Shown piece by piece: positions 1 to 12,125 of a stretch of 64,000 bases of DNA. Both the position numbers and the translations under genes were made by a program. The stretch is from Podarcis filfolensis (lineage: Eukaryota), in the NCBI GenBank assembly GCA_964270895.1, contig OZ185440.1; one strand, given 5' to 3'. Position 1 is the first letter of the stretch; each line of letters opens with the position of its first letter. The notes beneath the pieces were generated by a model. That model did no database searches, was not told where the DNA came from, and saw nothing but the letters and a program-made list of their open reading frames with translations.

Positions 1-291
1 CTGAAGAGACGTAATACTGCCAATGTAATCAGATCAATCTCTTCATTTCCCATAGGCTTTTCAAAATGCTCCAGGGCAGGGGCAGCCAATGCAATGTTCC
101 CTAGATGTTTTTAGACTCCATCTCGCATCATCTGTCATTATAGGCCATGATACCTGGAGCTGATGGGAGAGTTTGAGAAGAAGGCTGAATTTGTACATAT
201 GTAGAAGAGTATAAATTCAGTTGAATCTGTATAATGAGATGCTACTTTTCACAAACTAAGTGTTTTCCCCGATATATATTTTTGCCCATAG

Positions 292-336
292 GGTCACCCA
301 GGCAAAGAAGGACAGTCGGGAGAGAAAGGTTCCTTG
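292..336 (+). CDS. COL11A1: COL11A1 exon (~26), 45 nt
   Basis: cccatag|GGTCAC...TCCTTG|gtatgt; GHPGKEGQSGEKGSL. Confidence 0.96.
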
Positions 337-1951
337 GTATGTTTGTGTTTTCTTGACATAATTCTCACAACATTTAGAATGGAATGAACATATTATTATA
401 CCTTTAGGAAAGATCACAACAAAATGTTGACACGTTGAAAATCGGGATTAGAGTCCCAATTTTGAACATTTATTTTCTTTCTCCGCTGAGGAAGGTATGA
501 ATTATTTTGGGCATAGGTAGATGGAATGCGTACTGAACTGTGAGCTTCCTTTCCCCTTGGTACCTGCTATTTCCACACTTCCTTTCTTGGAGCTTGTGGG
601 TTCACCAACTATTTAAAGCACCCTGCCCAAATAATCCTGGATTTAAACCACACATTAGAAATGTTTATCAGAGTTCTTCTTTTAAAGAATCACCACCCTG
701 GGAAGGGATTTGCGTATTTTCTCCAGGCAACTCCTTCCACCTGCCAACTCATGTTAAAGTCAAGGAGAATTTCTAGAAATCCAAGTAAAATCTCTTTTGC
801 TGCAAACCGAACCTGTGGCTTCCCCCCTCCCTTTCCTGTAAAAAACTTTCCTCCAGCATGCACCACCAGACATTTATTGATTGCTCTTCTGTCAACAGGC
901 TCTTTTGTGTTTAAGTATGAAGCAAAAGTGCTCAAAGTAAAGGGAATGTGTGTGAGGAATAGAATATTTTATATACTCTGTCTATCGGAGTAACCTAAGC
1001 CTCCCAATTCTGTGCCCATGAAATATTCTGAAAATGAAATAACGAAGCAGTTAGAGTGAATTTGCCATTCTAAAAAGAGATGCTCATGGTTTAAGCAGAC
1101 CAGCAAAGCCTCACCACCCTCTGCCTGTTTGAGGACTTACATATTGATCCTCCTGAAGGATTTTGAATCTTCACCTGGCACGGCATCCGTGTTGTCAAGG
1201 CACATTTCGTCACACTCAGCTGCACTAATTCCCCTCAGACTATCTTCAAAATAAAGTACATTAGGAGCTTGGCTAACAACGCAGTGAATGGGGACAGATT
1301 TCGGTTGCAATCTATACAGGTATTGCCCCACTCGCAACTCCATTTCCACAATTCAACCTATGGATGGGTGGGAAATAAATGCTACCTTGGATTCCCTTCA
1401 ATGCATTAAAGAAATTGACATGGCTCATCATCTCTCAGTCTATGGAGTACAGCTTCGATGCATTGAGTTCAGATGAGATCAGAATGCTCCTTTGATTTAT
1501 TTACTCCCTCTGCCCATTTTGTCAAGCGTTGTTTTTAAATCTGATGGTTGACTACCCTAAATAATTCCAAACTCATGTCTGAGGGTATATTGTTCTGAAC
1601 GCACACCAATAGCTTTGAGCCAGATTCAGCTATCTGGTCCCACTAGTGAAAGCCAACACAAGGATGACCACTATTACAATGGGGCTTTCTCCCTTCTCCT
1701 CTCCCACATCCTCCAGATTGGCTTGGGGTGTTTGTATGTGAAGAATCCCTGGAACAGCATGTGGTCGGGGGAGCTAGGGGAACATTTTGTTAAGCAGGCA
1801 GAAATGCTTACAGACAATATGTATGTAACAGTGTGAACTTGAATTCCTCCCCAAGTCTCTTAAATAAAACAATGCTCATAATTTCTTGAGATTGGGAAGA
1901 GGGGATGGGTCACCTTGAGTCCTGTCAGGGGGAAAAGTGGGGTATAACTAA

Positions 1952-1998
1952 TAGTAGTAGTAGTAGTTATCGTCATCATCATCATCATCATCATCATC
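1952..1998 (+). repeat. Compound microsatellite (TAG)n-(CAT)n
   Basis: tagtagtagtagtagttatcgtcatcatcatcatcatcatcatc. Confidence 0.95.
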
Positions 1999-2480
1999 TG
2001 TGGGCAATGGATATCAATTCAGTAAGCATCAAACAACAAATGCATCTACTTTCTTCAGTTTTGCCCAGAGATGTCTGCCAATACCGTGCTCTAGATAAAA
2101 TACTTATATGTGACATTTGGTGATACCCTTAGGGCAGAGAAATTCAACATAGTTCTGATGTGACTTTCTAGGAACAAATTAAATGAGATCCACATTTGCC
2201 CATAATTGCTATCCAACTCATGCAACACTTCCTTTTACATTTTGTTAGAAAAATCCACATATAACTCACAAACATACATTAAACCATGTTTTTGATATCC
2301 ACCATTTCACCACACCAACAAATCCACAGAAATACCCAGGTACAGGGTCAGTTATGAGCTTATTGTTAGGTTTCTGCTCAGATAAACCTGATCACCTTTG
2401 AGATAAATGCGTGTTAACCTACAGCTGTGTGCATATTATTTAAAAGCAATATAATCTAGATATCCTTCATTATCTTTTAG

Positions 2481-2534
2481 GGGCCTCCAGGTCCTCAAGG
2501 CCCAATTGGGTATCCCGGCCCCCGTGGCGTAAAG
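2481..2534 (+). CDS. COL11A1: COL11A1 exon (~27), 54 nt
   Basis: cttttag|GGGCCT...GTAAAG|gtaagc; GPPGPQGPIGYPGPRGVK. Confidence 0.97.
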
Positions 2535-2640
2535 GTAAGCATAATACCTTTGCTCATATTTGATAAACGCAACGAGACCTGTGGGTTTTCTTCCCGTTAA
2601 CCAATCCGGTAACTTTGTCATTGCTTCCGTTTTCCAACAG

Positions 2641-2685
2641 GGCGCTGACGGTGTTCGCGGTCTCAAAGGTGGCAAAGGTGAAAAG
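2641..2685 (+). CDS. COL11A1: COL11A1 exon (~28), 45 nt
   Basis: ccaacag|GGCGCT...GAAAAG|gtaatc; GADGVRGLKGGKGEK; preceded by a 106-nt intron. Confidence 0.97.
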
Positions 2686-3218
2686 GTAATCTCTTTATGG
2701 TGCTTAGTTTTTATCGTTTATATTTTAGTACTAAAAGGACTCAACTCATTAATGGAAAATCTAATTGAAAATCAGGCACCATGTATATTGATGGTGCGAT
2801 ATAAATAGCTACAGTGATGATCATGAAAAGTAGAAGCAGAATAAATCTGCAAAAGACTAGGGCAGATCAAAGTAGCTGTGCAGGTATTTGATTACTTTTA
2901 AATACTTTCAGAATTTATTTTTTTTAGGTATTCGTTAAATTGTTTTGCTGTTTCATTGTTTGCGACCCTGGGCTCCATTGGGAGGAAGAGCAGGATGGAA
3001 TTATTTAATTAACAACCTTATTGCAAAATATTGTATGAACTCTAAACCTACATTGGCAAAGGGGCTTCCCCCTTCCTTCCCTACCAGTGCCCCCTGAAAT
3101 TGGCTCTGCAGGGATCAGGAGAACCCACATAATGGTGCATGTGGGGAGGACAGAGGGGGATAATTATGTCTGGCAAGTAGCAATGCTTTCTCTGGGGGGA
3201 TGTTCACTATAAAAGCCT

Positions 3219-3528
3219 GGATAGCGCATTTGGTTAAAATGTGGTGTGATAATGCCAAGGTTGCAGGTTTGATCCCCGTATGGGGCAGCTGCATATTTTT
3301 GCATTGCAGGGGTGTTATGTACTGAGTTGAATAGGATCCAAACTGCAGCAGTCTGATTGGTCCTAGAACAATAGGATCCAAAAGGCAGCAGTCTGATTGG
3401 TCCTAGAACAATAGGATTCAGAATGCAGCAGTCTGATTGGTCCTAGAACAATGCAGCAGTATGATTGGTTGGACTAGATGATCCTCAGGATCCCTTCCAA
3501 CTCTGCAATTCTATGATCATATGATTCT
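3219..3528 (+). mobile_element. tRNA-derived SINE with CR1-type 3' tail, interrupted by an LTR-like fragment
   Basis: tRNA-like head (ggatagcgcatttggttaaa...ggtttgatcccc) and tail gcattgcagggg / ttggactagatgatcctcagg...attctatgat; interrupted at 3313-3468. Confidence 0.8.
3313..3468 (+). repeat. LTR-like 5' fragment with a 40-bp tandem unit x3 plus a partial unit
   Basis: Starts TGTTATGTAC; the unit ataggatccaaa..gcagcagtctgattggtcctagaaca occurs at 3331-3370, 3371-3410 and 3411-3450. The LTR origin is my recollection of a lizard Gypsy-type LTR and is unverified. Confidence 0.7.
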
Positions 3529-3586
3529 CACAGTGCAATGTTGAATTCCACTCTTTGATTTTCTTGCCAAATGTTACACAGAATAA

Positions 3587-3714
3587 TAGAATCATAGACT
3601 TGGGAGGGTCCACGAGGGTCACCTAGCCCAACCCCCTGCAGTACAGGAATATCTTTGCCTAACATGGGATTCGAACCCACAACCCTAAGATTCAACATCC
3701 CATGACTGAGCTAT
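3587..3714 (-). mobile_element. tRNA-derived SINE with CR1-type tail (antisense)
   Basis: Minus strand shows ATAGCTCAGT A-box-like start, GGGTTCGAATCCC B-box and a ...ggggttgggctagg...ctatgattct tail. Confidence 0.75.
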
Positions 3715-5844
3715 ATGGTTGGTCTTCATCTCACAATGGAAATGAAGACATTTCTGACTATAGACAGCTCCTACAAACTGGAGAGGTGAAACACTTGTGC
3801 TGTTTTCTTAACAACAACAACTTACTGCCAGTCATTCATCTGGGACCTTCTTACATGACAGCAAACCATACGACTCCACTTTATAAATCACTCAGAAGAA
3901 GCAGGCAAACATTTTTGCAGGCCATTTTGCTACAAGCTCATTCGGCTCAGAGAATAGTGTCTTCCTCAGCATAAAGATGGTCCTGACACAGATCTGCTTG
4001 CACTCACCTTTCGTGGAATGATTCGCTACCTAGGAGCAATTTTACCCCCGTGGCTCGATTTCTGTTTGAGGTGTCGTAGAAAAGCTTCCCCATTCTTTTC
4101 ATTTCTAAGGAACAGAAGTTGTTGAGAGAGAGATTCCGCACTTTAAAATATAGCATCTCTCTTTGGGGGTTGTAAGTAATGAGTCAGCTATGCCTCGGTG
4201 CACATCTTATGCAATCGTTATTCCCTTCTTGCTAGATGCTGCCAAATGTATTACAGAGCCTCATCCCCTTGCGTGGGGATTGTTTTGTCAGTACAGCTAC
4301 CAAAAAGCTCTGTGGAGAATGGAGCAGCCCTCAGAATAGAGAAGCCGATGTTCCCCATGTGGATCACTGGTTCTGTCAGGCTGTAGCTAACTAAACATTG
4401 CCCATGTGGAACAATTTCCATGAGTGCCGTGGAACTTCCCTCCCCACCCAAAATGCTTCGCCATCTGCTCAGGTGTTCTCCTCATCCCCTCAAAATCTGC
4501 TCCTAAGTGCAAAATTGACTTCCAATTTTGTGTACGGTATTGCTTTAAGCTCCTAAATACTTTCATATTGCTTCATGTCACCCCCCAATCTCTGCCAGGG
4601 GCTTCCAGGGTTGTGTTTTCTGTTTGGAAATCAAAGCACATTTTTTTCTGTGCCCATACTCCCCTGGCAAGCTCTATTTCAAAGACCAAATTCCTTTGAT
4701 GGGCCATCAACACTTTTGTCATGCTTAAAAACTTCCATTCCAGGTGATACCCTGGTCTGGCAGACAAGCTTAATCTGCATTTTTTTTTTTTTTTTTTACA
4801 TTGCAAAGCTGGCTCTTTCCCAGGTGAAGACTCCAAGCATTTAGCAATTCATAACATTTACTAAATCTAATTATGGATGCCTTTGTACCCACAGACTCTG
4901 GTACCCTGAATCTGTAACAATATATTTGAAAAGGAATGCCTTGTCCCTTTAATGGTGGGTCACGTGGGCTGAGAACTTCATTTCTCTGGTTTCTTGATAT
5001 CTAGGGTTTGATTGTGAGCATCTGTAACAGCATCCTAGATTTCAGGAACTCTGAGAAATGTACTTTAAAGGCTGTGAACATCCCTAGAAAGGATGCCAGC
5101 AGCCTTGGGAATAATGTCTCCCAAGGCTGCTGATACCCAGAGCACACTCTAATAACATCCCAGAGCTTCACAAAGGCACCATCTCAACCTCTTCTGCGAC
5201 TGATGACAGGATGTCTTCATCCTGAGCTGAGATCAGATTTATGGAGCTTGGGCTTCATCTCAGATTGGCTCATGGAGTTCTGCATGCAGGAAATTTAATT
5301 TCTGAAGCTCCCAATTCCTAACTGCACCACCACCATCGCTACATGACTGTCACATGAGGATATATGGCTGTGTTAATCAACCCTTAATCGCTAGCTGGTG
5401 TCTTTGAGACCATATCCTAATTGACTTTTGAACATGAGGCATTTGATGGTGGAGGGGGGAAAGCCCTTTAAAAAACCCCTGAACATATGAGAAAGAAATT
5501 TAATTCAGAAGAATAATGTCATAATGAAGAGCTCCTTGATGAATTAAGAAATGAATTTGTCTGTTGCCTTAAGCACCTTTCTCATCATTCATTCTCCCTT
5601 TTAAAGCTGAAAAGTAATTCAATACAGCTGTGGCAATATGTGTTCTTTCCCCCTCTGATAGAGAAGTCGCTGTACTAAATTATTTGACTTGTTATGCTCC
5701 ACTTTTAGTAGTGTAAATTGCTGTGACTTGCAGCAAAATAGGTGCAGCTACTATATGCATTAAAATCATGCATTCATTCAGATTCTTTAATAACTGTCAA
5801 CAACAACAACAACACTATGATGTGTCATTTTTTTCCTTTATCAG

Positions 5845-5898
5845 GGTGAAGATGGTTTCCCTGGATTTAAAGGTGACATGGGCCTTAAAGGTGACAGA
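5845..5898 (+). CDS. COL11A1: COL11A1 exon (~29), 54 nt
   Basis: ttatcag|GGTGAA...GACAGA|gtaagt; GEDGFPGFKGDMGLKGDR. Confidence 0.97.
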
Positions 5899-5927
5899 GT
5901 AAGTATTTTTCTCTGTTATTCATACTA

Positions 5928-6170
5928 CAGTGGTACCTCGGGTTACAGAAGCTTCAGGTTACAGGCGCTTCAGGTTACAGACTCTGCTAACCCAGAAATA
6001 GTAACCTTGGGTTAAGAACTTTGCTTCAGGATGAGAACAGAAATCACATGGCGGCGGCGCAGCAGTGGCAGGAGGCCCCATTAGCTAAAGTGGTACCTCA
6101 GATTAAGAACAGTTTCATGTTAAGAACGGACCTCCAGAACGAATTAAGTTCTTAACCCGAGGTACCACTA
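5928..6170. mobile_element. Tc1/mariner (Tigger-like) MITE
   Basis: TIR CAGTGGTACCTCGGGTTA / TAACCCGAGGTACCACTA flanked by TA; near-identical copy at 32512-32753. Confidence 0.88.
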
Positions 6171-7364
6171 TATCTCCGTACCTGATACCCCCCCCCCATT
6201 CCTTTCTAGTGAGAGCAAGGATCCAAGTCGGAGCTTTCAGATGAAGAGACAGGGTTGTATAAATGGATGCAGCCTTTCTTCGTGGCTAAAATCAGGGAAC
6301 AGGTTTAGAAAAACTCAATTCCGGGTGAATGGTTGGCTGCCATCCATTGCCAGGGGAAATAAAAGCATGGGACCTGATGTCATCATTCAAAGTTAGGCAA
6401 ACCAGCCTTGTTTTATTTCTGAGTCGTTTGGCCCACATTTACTGGGGTTCCAAGTGAATGTTCACCTTACTTTCCCAGAAGGCTTTGCAGTATAAAAGCT
6501 GGTCCTCCCACACCCTTTTTAGTTTATCATTTATTTTAATCTTTTGAATGTTTTAAATAGTTTCTCTCTCCCCCCCAATAATTTTATTGTTTTATTTCTT
6601 TTGTAATCTGCTTTGAGTGTTGTTGTTGTTTTTACAATCGAGTGGTGTTTAAATTATATGAAATAAATAAATGAATAATATCCAAGGTCAGGCCTTTCAG
6701 TCCTCTTGAAGATGTATCTTGTCAGTTTCTCACTCTCTTCAATGGGCTGCCTGATCTAATTCAAGAGACCTTTTTGCAATAGATTCCAGGCATTGGCTCT
6801 CATTCCACCTAGGTTCTCTTGGAACAGGTTGATTTTTCTCATTGTTCATCTACTATTTTTGTTTATTTGTAAATCTTTCCTGATGCTTCTCTGAGGTACT
6901 ACTTAGGCCCTAAGTCAGCCAGTCTTGTGACATTATACAAATTAAAACAGCACAATGAAGCAGCCATAAACAACCACAAACAAGTCATTTCCCCTGTAGG
7001 TTAGAGGAAAGAGTTGAACACATTTCCCTGAAATGTTTTGTTATGGCTCCGTACCAGAGCTAAAACTAATTTGGAGGAAAGTTATCAATCAAATTCTCCT
7101 AAAGTAAATTTGCTTGCAATTAAACAAACATGGGTGGGCTAGGATAAATTAAGACTGTATAACACGAGTAGGGTGGAAGCTGTTTATCACATCCTGAACA
7201 GAATTCAAACTAACAAAATGATGCATACAAGTATTATTGAGTCTACAATATGTACTTCATAATATAACTTACAGCTTAATATTGGCAAATGATGACCCAG
7301 CTCCAGGCACATAAGGAGGAAATGGCTTTCCTAACCTGACTTCAAACTGGGTTCAGGCCTGGAT

Positions 7365-7715
7365 TAAGGACTGAATCAGCCTTGGTTGCTGTGCTGACCC
7401 TGTAAATCTTGATGGATCTCTCCTTGGCTTTTGATACCATTGACCCTGGTATCAACCTGGATTGGCTCTACAAGATCCAGTTGGGGGCACGGTGTTACAG
7501 TGCTTCAATGCTCATTTTTTGAGATTGGTACCAGAGAACAGCCTTGGGTGGCTGATTGTCAGCCCCTTACATCTGTGTTATAGAGAGCCACAGTTGTCCC
7601 CAGTGCTATCTATATGAAGTTGTTCAGAATAGTTATTGGGAAATCTGGAGTATGGCATCAGCAGTATACTGATGATACCTACAGTAGCTCAATTTCTCTG
7701 TTACATCCAGAAATA
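7365..7715 (+). mobile_element. Decayed L2 LINE reverse-transcriptase fragment
   Basis: Degenerate motifs resembling TE(S/T)ALV, DLS.AFDTID and QY.DDT (gatctctccttggcttttgataccattgac; cagtatactgatgatacc). Confidence 0.65.
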
Positions 7716-8060
7716 ACTTGTCAAGGTTGTGTGTGTGTGTGTGTCTGATGGGGATCACTATGCTAGCTTTCCAGTAGCAGGGTCAGTGTTGTTTACCAGG
7801 AGGGAGGTGGTTGTAGTGCAGTGCAGTGCAAACTCACCAGCAGGAATTCTGGACTGGCTCCGTAGATACATTTGCCCCACACTGAGCCACCTGAAACTTT
7901 GCCTTTCCTTGTCAATAAACAACAGTGACTCACCTGCTAGGAAGCTAAATGAGACCAATGAGACCAACTCTCTGATGTGATCAGGTTTGTGGTCATCGGT
8001 TCTTATTATAGGAATGTCCATGCAAGCTTCTTTCATGCACTTTTCCAAGTGGATAAGTTA

Positions 8061-8318
8061 CCGTATTTTTTGCTCTATAAGACTCACTTTTTCCCTCCTA
8101 AAAGTAAGGGGAAATGTGTGTGCGTCTTATGGCGCGAATGCAGGCTGCGCAGCTATCCCAGAAGCCAGAACAGCAAGAGGGATTGCTGCTTTCACTGCGC
8201 AGCGATCTCTCTTGCTGTTCTGGCTTCTGAGATTCAGAATATTTTTTTTCTTGTTTTCCTTCTCCAAAAACTAGGTGCGTCTTGTGGTCTGGTGCGTCTT
8301 ATAGAGTGAAAAATACGG
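8061..8318. mobile_element. Tc1/mariner-type MITE (CCGTA-ended)
   Basis: TIR CCGTATTTTT.GCTCTATAAGAC / GTCTTATAGAGTGAAAAATACGG with TA on both sides; second copy at 27025-27274. Confidence 0.88.
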
Positions 8319-9083
8319 TATGTGCCCAGACCACATATGAATAAACTGGACCTTCTCTTCAAAAGTGCATGGGACTTCAAAAAAGATTATTGAGAAGGGT
8401 TTGATACAATGGAATAATGGATGGGATCCAACAAAGCCAGAGGGTTTTATTCATCATTATCAACCTGTGTGTGTCTCTCACTGTAAAACTCTGATACAAT
8501 TTCACACTAGCAAACAATAATTTTTATTTATTTGTGGCATTTAAATAGTTAGCTTGTCTAACTATATTCTAATCAGTTAAAGGGTAGGCCACATTAAAAA
8601 TTGCATAAAATTTCAGTAACGATATAATTGCTAAAAATTTGTAGCAAAATGTAGTGGCCAGAAACAATACAGCCAAGGTTACAACTGAAGATTAAAAGCC
8701 TGCTGTAACAACAGTGAAAAAATGTTGCAAATCTGAATGTGGATTTCTTTCCCCATGAGAGATGTGGTTCTTTTCGTTTAACTGTCGGCTTTTGTGGCTA
8801 AGCCACAAGCAACAACTAGACCTTAGGTTACACTCGGTACTCAAATTACAGGGAGGCCAGGCGGGATCCAGCCTGCTTATGTTTTGTGCCAGTTCTCCCC
8901 TTAATACTGGTTTTAGAAACCTACAGTGAGGCCGTGGTTGGGCTAAAATTAGGAAAAGGGGCAGACCTGAGGTTTTCATCAACGGCCAATCCAATAATTT
9001 CAGCAGTTTTTGCATCCCATTTGCAGAAACAGGTGACTTGGTTTGTACATCCTTGGTTTACATCCTTCAATTTTTTTTTTAAG

Positions 9084-9191
9084 GGTGAAGTTGGCCCTCT
9101 TGGTCCACGAGGAGAGGATGGCCCTGAAGGTCCCAAAGGCCGTTCTGGCCCAACAGGAGACCCAGGTGGGGCTGGTCAAGCTGGAGAAAAG
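9084..9191 (+). CDS. COL11A1: COL11A1 exon (~30), 108 nt
   Basis: tttaag|GGTGAA...GAAAAG|gttagt; [36 protein letters not shown]. Confidence 0.97.
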
Positions 9192-9908
9192 GTTAGTCAC
9201 TCAATCATACAACAGGGTTTTTGGGGGAGGGGTATCATGAGATCATCTTGGTGTAGTTTTAGAGGTTGCAAATTCACATGTTGCATAAAAAGCAAATGAA
9301 CAAATTAGAAATGATTCCCTTTTTCTTTCAGTGTTTGTTATGTCTGAATAGGACTATCGTGTGGGACACGTGTAGATCCCAGACACATCTTTTCCTAAAG
9401 ATTTACTGAAGCTTTATAAGAACACATTTTCCTCCCTATCTGTAGTACATTTCATCTCATCTTTCACTTTTGTAGGTTTGGGGCTACACCAGGGGGGAAG
9501 AGTGAACTGGGAAGTCTCTAGTTTTAAATCTTACCTCAGCCATGAACTCAGAGCCACCGTGTCTTCTCCTCGGGCATAAACAATACTGCTTACAAGTAAA
9601 AAAAGTACCCTAACAATGCAGTTGAAGTGGTCTGAGTATTTGGAAGGCACCATATAAATGTTGACGGTGATTTATTTCACTGGAAACATAAGATGAAATA
9701 AGAAAAAGGGCAGAGCAGGGGCAGACTTTACCACATAGCAATGTGAACAGCTCCCTTTGGATTGCAGATCCTAAAGTAAGAGCCATTTCCCTGCCTCCAA
9801 CCTCCAGCCTCCATCTTACTGTTGGAGTTACATGTCTCTGTTTGTAATATTTTGAAATACAGAGCAGGAAGGCAGAATATTTTTAATGCATGCCTAAAGG
9901 TGATATGT

Positions 9909-10262
9909 GACGCGGGTGGTGCTGTGGGTTAAACCACTGAGCCTAGGACTTGCTGATCAGAAGGTTGGCGGTTGGAATCCCCATGACGGGGTGAGCTCCC
10001 GTTGCTCGGTTCCTGCTCCTGCCAACCTAGCAGTTTGAAAGCATGTCAAAGTGCAAGTAGATAAATAGGTACCACTCCGGTGGGAAGGTAAACGGCGTTT
10101 CCGTGCACTGCTCTGGTTCGCCAGAAGCAGCTTGGTCATGCTGGCCACATGACCCGGAAGCTGTTCGCCGGCTCCCTCAGCCAGTAAAGCGAGATGAGCA
10201 CCGCAACCCCAGAGTCGGTCCCGACTGGACCTAATGGTCAGGGGTCCCTTTACCTTTACCTT
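9909..10262 (+). mobile_element. Sauria SINE, full length
   Basis: gacgcgggtggtgctgtgggttaaacc...(ACCTTT)n tail; 12-bp TSD TAAAGGTGATAT at 9895-9906 and 10263-10274. Confidence 0.92.
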
Positions 10263-12125
10263 TAAAGGTGATATTGAATATTCACACCCTTTTATAGGAG
10301 AGAATGCACGCCTACTCTGAACAGAACAGAAGTCCTATTCAGGCATTATACTCACGAACAAGTAGAACATGCATGAATGGAGGACAAGTAAATAAGTTCT
10401 GTCCTGCCATCCCTGTTACCTTCCATAAGTTGGAGGATGACTGTCTGCAACAGGGAACCTTCCGAAGTTCTAGGGTTCTGTATTGTGAAGGGAGCCTTCA
10501 TGAGTGGAGTTGGTTCCCCACTCATGATCACCCTCTGATGTGAGTGGAGCCAGTGTCCTCATCCCCACTCTCACCACTTGCTACTTACTCATGAGTAAAG
10601 TGTATAAATGGGCCTAGAGTAAAGCCACCATTCCTTAATTAGCTCTGTTGGATTGTGCCTCTGAATAAGAATCCCATGTAGGCAACTAGGCAATAATGTC
10701 TATGTTCCACAAATAATACCCCCTCTCCACTAGCAAAAACTAGTTATTGAGATAATATTTCATTCAGGCATGTTCCTGCTTAGTTACTTGGTCAGCCTAT
10801 CTGAGGTCCAGTTTGCTTGTAAAGATCTTATGAAGGGATCTCCCTCAGTGACCCTTCCTGTGTTTTGCACATACAGTCCTTTGAGGAAGAACAATTTATG
10901 GACTAAGAGGAGGGAATGAAAGCATTGTAGTTATGATTTGATGCTAGCGACCTTTTAAGCTATCATAAAAATACTTTAAAAGTCACTCCATTCATTCTAG
11001 AAAGTGTTCCTTTCAGCCTCGCTTAACTGTGGGGAGCTATTTCAGAATTAATGATCCCCACAGTGTTGTGAGACATCTTCCCAGCTGTTAACAAGGTCAT
11101 GAATCAAGAAAGCCAATATTATAATTATGGATGAATGGAAGCATAATTGGAATGTCATCACTGAATTCCAATTAAATTCCAATCCCATTAAAACAAGAAT
11201 AAATGAGCGACATTTCCCCCCAAAAAACTCAACTGCTGAGCTTCTTCATTCTGGGCTGAAAGCAGGGAAATACCATGACAAGTATAGGATTGGATCCAAA
11301 AACTGTGAGCAGAAGTAAAGGTCTAAGGAAGTGTGACATTTATAGACATCCCCCGCCCCCCAGTATGGGGAAGCAAAACCAGCAAGTCTCACAATGGTTG
11401 GTGCCTCTGTTCTCCACCTGCACAATTGAAAATGCCAAATGATTATTATTTATGTCAAATGGCAGCTTTAGTATGTAGGTGTTTTGTGAACTAGGTCATC
11501 TAACAAACTCAAGAAGGTACGTATAGTTGAAATGTGTAGCTAAAGAGATGTTTATGAGATATTCAGGAGAACTGTTTACACAGCCAGACCTTGCATAAAG
11601 CCATGGAAGCAATGAGGCACATCATTCTTTAGTGACAGAATAATACATCTGTGCATTAAAAACCACATCCACACAAAAAAAACTTTATAAAAGAATGGGG
11701 GGAAAATTATAAGTTATTTAGGAGACTACTGTAAGCAGATGGAAACATTAGCAGGATTTTGATTTCACTTGTAGCGTAGCAATTATCATGGATAATATGG
11801 ATTGATATAAAAGTTGGAGTTTCGAAGAATATGTAGTAATAAATGTTTCAAATGGGACCCCATGGAGGGGACGGGGGGAAGTCCTGAGATTTGGAATGAT
11901 CTCTGTACATGGATATTTATCTGAAGTTTTTTTTTAATGACTTTGTATTTGTAAAGCTGAATAAACATGATTTTTTTTTTTTTAAAAAAAGCCTACATCC
12001 ATGCAAAAGGTTTCCTTCTAACTTTACAAACTACATGATTCTTCTGAGGGAAATGGGACATAGACAGAGTGGTAGCCATCAGGAAACAAATGAGAAATGC
12101 ATTAAAACTTCTTTTTAAATTACAG

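Noticed and set aside
1137-1476. Short ORFs with protein-like composition in the first intron
   Set aside because: No recognisable homology and no splice or start context; cannot be supported.
1905-2123. ORF with poly-Ser/poly-His
   Set aside because: Translation of a (TAG)n/(CAT)n microsatellite
3331-3468. 40-bp direct repeats that resemble a CRISPR array
   Set aside because: The units are contiguous with no unique spacers, the context is a vertebrate intron and there are no cas genes. It is a tandem repeat.
3587-3714. Possible tRNA genes (also 3219, 46820 and 57270)
   Set aside because: A/B-box heads run into SINE bodies and LINE-derived tails with no complete cloverleaf, so these are SINEs.
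8886-9299. 137-aa ORF reading in frame through exon ~30 (possible extended exon)
   Set aside because: The flanks are non-collagenous and the canonical splice sites give an exact 108-nt exon. An open flank of this length is expected by chance.
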